DNA of 64,000 nucleotides from Podarcis vaucheri (taxonomy: Eukaryota): NCBI GenBank assembly GCA_965113315.1, contig OZ220363.1, one strand, 5' to 3'. Both the position numbers and the translations under genes were made by a program. Below are positions 60,797 through 64,000 of this stretch, one piece after another. Within the stretch, counting starts at the first letter, position 1, and every line of letters begins with the position of its first letter. The notes under the pieces were generated by a model. It saw only the letters and a program-made list of their open reading frames with translations, was not told where the DNA came from and did not search any database.

Positions 60797-62759
60797 GCAT
60801 TCCCACTGCTTGGCTTTTTAACAGCCCTGACTGAGGATTCTCCATGCCTGAAACATTGGACAACAGTCACACTTCAGGCACTTAGCCAACAACATCCATC
60901 AAGCAGCCATTCAGGTCAGGAACTGTGCCCAAACTGTACTCACCGAACTCTTTTTGCAACCTCAGTTTGTACTCAGTAGCCATGGCAGTACTCTGCTATG
61001 TAGCTTCTCCTCCCTGTGTTCTAGGAAAACTCTGCTTCTTTAAGAAAGACTCCAAAAACAAAGAGTGCGCCCCGCCCTTCAAAGATTGCAGATAGGTTTA
61101 GTAAGAACACCCACTTTCCATGCCCTGCCAGGGTTATCTACATTCTTCACCTAGTGCAACTAGTGTCTCTCTGGCCGTGCTTTTTTGTGATGGTACATAC
61201 CAGTAACCTCATCTCTTTTTTTGCTCTCCCCTGTTGCTCATTGGAAATAGGTTCATCCACTCTTTACCCCCCCCTACTTAGATTTAACCAAGTAACTGCC
61301 AGTCCATTCTGAATACTAATAGTTTAATTGGTTCTTTTACCATTGTAATAATCAGAAAAAGTAATGTCTAATTAGAATGCCCTTCATTCAATATTTATGA
61401 CATTTAATAGCCTGGAACTGGGATATCTAATCAAAATAGTGAAGAAGTTTGGCTTGGCCTTCAACACCACCGAAACTTATATCCAAGACCAAACTGAGAG
61501 ACAGTGATGTTTATTCCATAGCTCTGTTGGTGGGGAGAGGCAGGGGAGAAATGAATCTAATCTCATTCTGCTTTTGATTGGGTTTATCTTATTCTTGCGC
61601 TGTGCTATTTTCTGTGCTCCAGTTTCTCAAAAGTTTTCTTCTTCTGTGAAAGAAGCTTTCGTTTTTCGTCATTCTCAGTGGATGGTGGGTTTTGAGCTTA
61701 GCTTATCATTGCACAGATGCCAAGACTGGTGTGTTTTCTTTCCAGGGATACGTTTTTTCCAGCCCTCTGCAGCCTCCTTTACTGCCTGTGGCTCCTGATG
61801 TGAAGAAGTCTGGTGGAAAGTATTATCTCATGATGTGCTCCCTTGGACTTTTATTAAAGTTCGACACCCAGGAAGGCTGCAGTGCAGACCATTGGTGAGA
61901 TGATTTATAAAATGAAAAGCCCCTTGCTAAAGAGTTATCTTTTATTGCAAGAAATGAAACTTACAGAAGTTTAAAGTAGGTGCTATAAAAAAAAACTTGC
62001 ACCCCATCCATAAGAATTTTCCTCAAAATTTCTCTCCTCTTTGATACATTTTAATTTTATTTCATTTCTTAATTAATTTTTAATAAATGTTATTTATTAA
62101 ATTTGTTTACTGATCTATACTCATAGATCTCAGAGTGGTTCACAACATAAAATCGCAATATAAAAAACAGAAAATACATAGTAAAAACAAAAACAATAAT
62201 TTTTGGATTGATGGATGAAGAATGGACAGGACAAATGTCCATCTAATTGTCTAATTCCCTCCATCTAATGAGGGGCAAGCAGATATATCCCAATCTTCTG
62301 TTCATTGAGGTGAAGTAAAATTAAAAATAAAGGGTATCTTAAATGGCAACCATACGTACACATGCCTGGGAGCAAGCTCCATTGGACACGGTGGGACTTA
62401 TTTTTGAGTTAAACATGCTTAGAATCATGAAGTTCTGTATTGGTTTGCAACATGCTTGTAAAAACACTCCCATCACCCAAAATGCAGAGACCTGCATATC
62501 AAACAGCAGTCATGTTTGCTTTTGCTGAAGGAGTTTACTGTACTGATATATGCAAGTGTAGTGCTGCTCTTAAAGACAACTCCAGGCTTACGTGTGTTTA
62601 CACTAATACCTAATTTGCAATCCAAAAGGCAAGCGAGGTAGGGGAAATTCTGTATAACCCAGCTCCATATCTGCCATGTTTTTCCATCAGGGAGGTTTGA
62701 GGCCAACCAGGACTCACGATAAGTTTTTTAATCTAGATAAACAGGCCTAAGATATCTGA

Positions 62760-62899
62760 NNNNNNNNNNNNNNNNNNNNNNNNNNNNNNNNNNNNNNNNN
62801 NNNNNNNNNNNNNNNNNNNNNNNNNNNNNNNNNNNNNNNNNNNNNNNNNNNNNNNNNNNNNNNNNNNNNNNNNNNNNNNNNNNNNNNNNNNNNNNNNNN
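62760..62899. other. Assembly gap (N run)
   Basis: N bases. Confidence 1.
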
Positions 62900-64000
62900 A
62901 TGTTGAAATACTGTTGATGCTTCAGCATCTGGTTCTAACAACAGCACAGGCTAAAAGATTTTACATTAATTATATCACATAATTTAATATAAACATATTT
63001 AATTACAATTGATGGGTGATAAACTGTTCAAGAATGACTTAACCCCTTACAGATGTCAAAATGATGGCAGCGGCATGTTGTTCTTTCCACTTGAGGTGCA
63101 ACGCTGGAGTCTGGGAGAGAGGTTAGGAGATTCTCACCACTATAAAGCATTCAGAGGCAGCAACAGAGAGAGAGAGAACGATGGCTTAGGTTTTGTTCTG
63201 TAACACACTGGAAGCTTCTGCTTGCACTATAGAAGCATATGTTCAGAACGAAGGAGGTTGCCATAATAAAAGTCTCTCCTTTTATTTATTTTTCCTATTT
63301 TTCTGCCCTCTTCTAACATGTCCTAGAATCAATATGTATTCATCAGTCCATTGCCCACATATTTCCTCTCTTAATTTCTGGCAATGGCATTTATTTTAGG
63401 CACTCATATATGCTTTTTCCCTAGAAAAATAGGTGTTGGCACTCACCATGAATTCACATTTTTTAACAACAATGAAAAGAGGTGCTGGTACTGAGTACCC
63501 TTGAGTACCCCAGGGGGGAAAGCACTGGTCATAGGCAACAGGTTCCTCAAACTCAGATTCCTTCCTGTTCCTCTCAGTGTTTTCTAAAGTACCTCTTTGC
63601 CCACACCAGAGGAGTAAGTTGAACAGACAGACTCCCACACATATAGCTATCTTAAATATTACAATTATATGTATTTTCCCTATCTACCCATTGCATATTT
63701 CAGTCATGTGTCACAAAATTAATCAGGTGAAATATGATAAATATATACAGCTAACAATTAAAAAGTCTCTGTATTCGGTGTGAGCATTTTTGTAAAAATC
63801 TTTAACTTATTTTCTTTATTTCTCTGATGTTTGACATCATCTTAAAAATAACTGATAATATTTTCCAAAATTTAATTCACAGACTGGACTTAAATGGGCA
63901 ACTTACTGTTTTGTGGGTGTTTTTTTAAAAAAAGATTTGCAGGCAGCTTAGAGTTAACATCTTCCTCTGAACATCAGGTTCATTAGTACTAACAGACATG

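Overview
Vertebrate genomic DNA, most likely from a squamate (lacertid-type lizard), judged from the Sauria/Squam SINEs, BovB, CR1, L2 and Tigger MITEs. I recognise no host protein-coding exon; the window reads as intron or gene desert, with three assembly gaps and several repeat-free TAAT-rich blocks that may be conserved non-coding elements. The main feature is an apparently intact, very young Ty3/Gypsy chromovirus of the Tf1/sushi type (27947-33518, minus strand) with 453-bp LTRs that look identical by eye and a CATAG target-site duplication (TSD). It has no tRNA primer site, but an 11-nt self-priming PBS complementary to the predicted RNA 5' end, and a G_GUA_AAA slippery site with an H-type pseudoknot between gag and pol. 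Pol runs past the chromodomain, through the PPT and the whole predicted U3. That extra tail carries two tandem acidic-[FL]xGF motifs resembling LEDGF-IBD/TFIIS-N-domain interaction motifs, a possible undescribed integrase-host tether (inference). Also present: a 5'-truncated L1 with a 15-bp TSD and one homopolymer frameshift, an internally deleted Tigger whose mini-ORF keeps a PIP box, three solo LTRs with 5-bp TSDs, and a Penelope-like terminus with a minimal hammerhead ribozyme inside a (TA)n tract.
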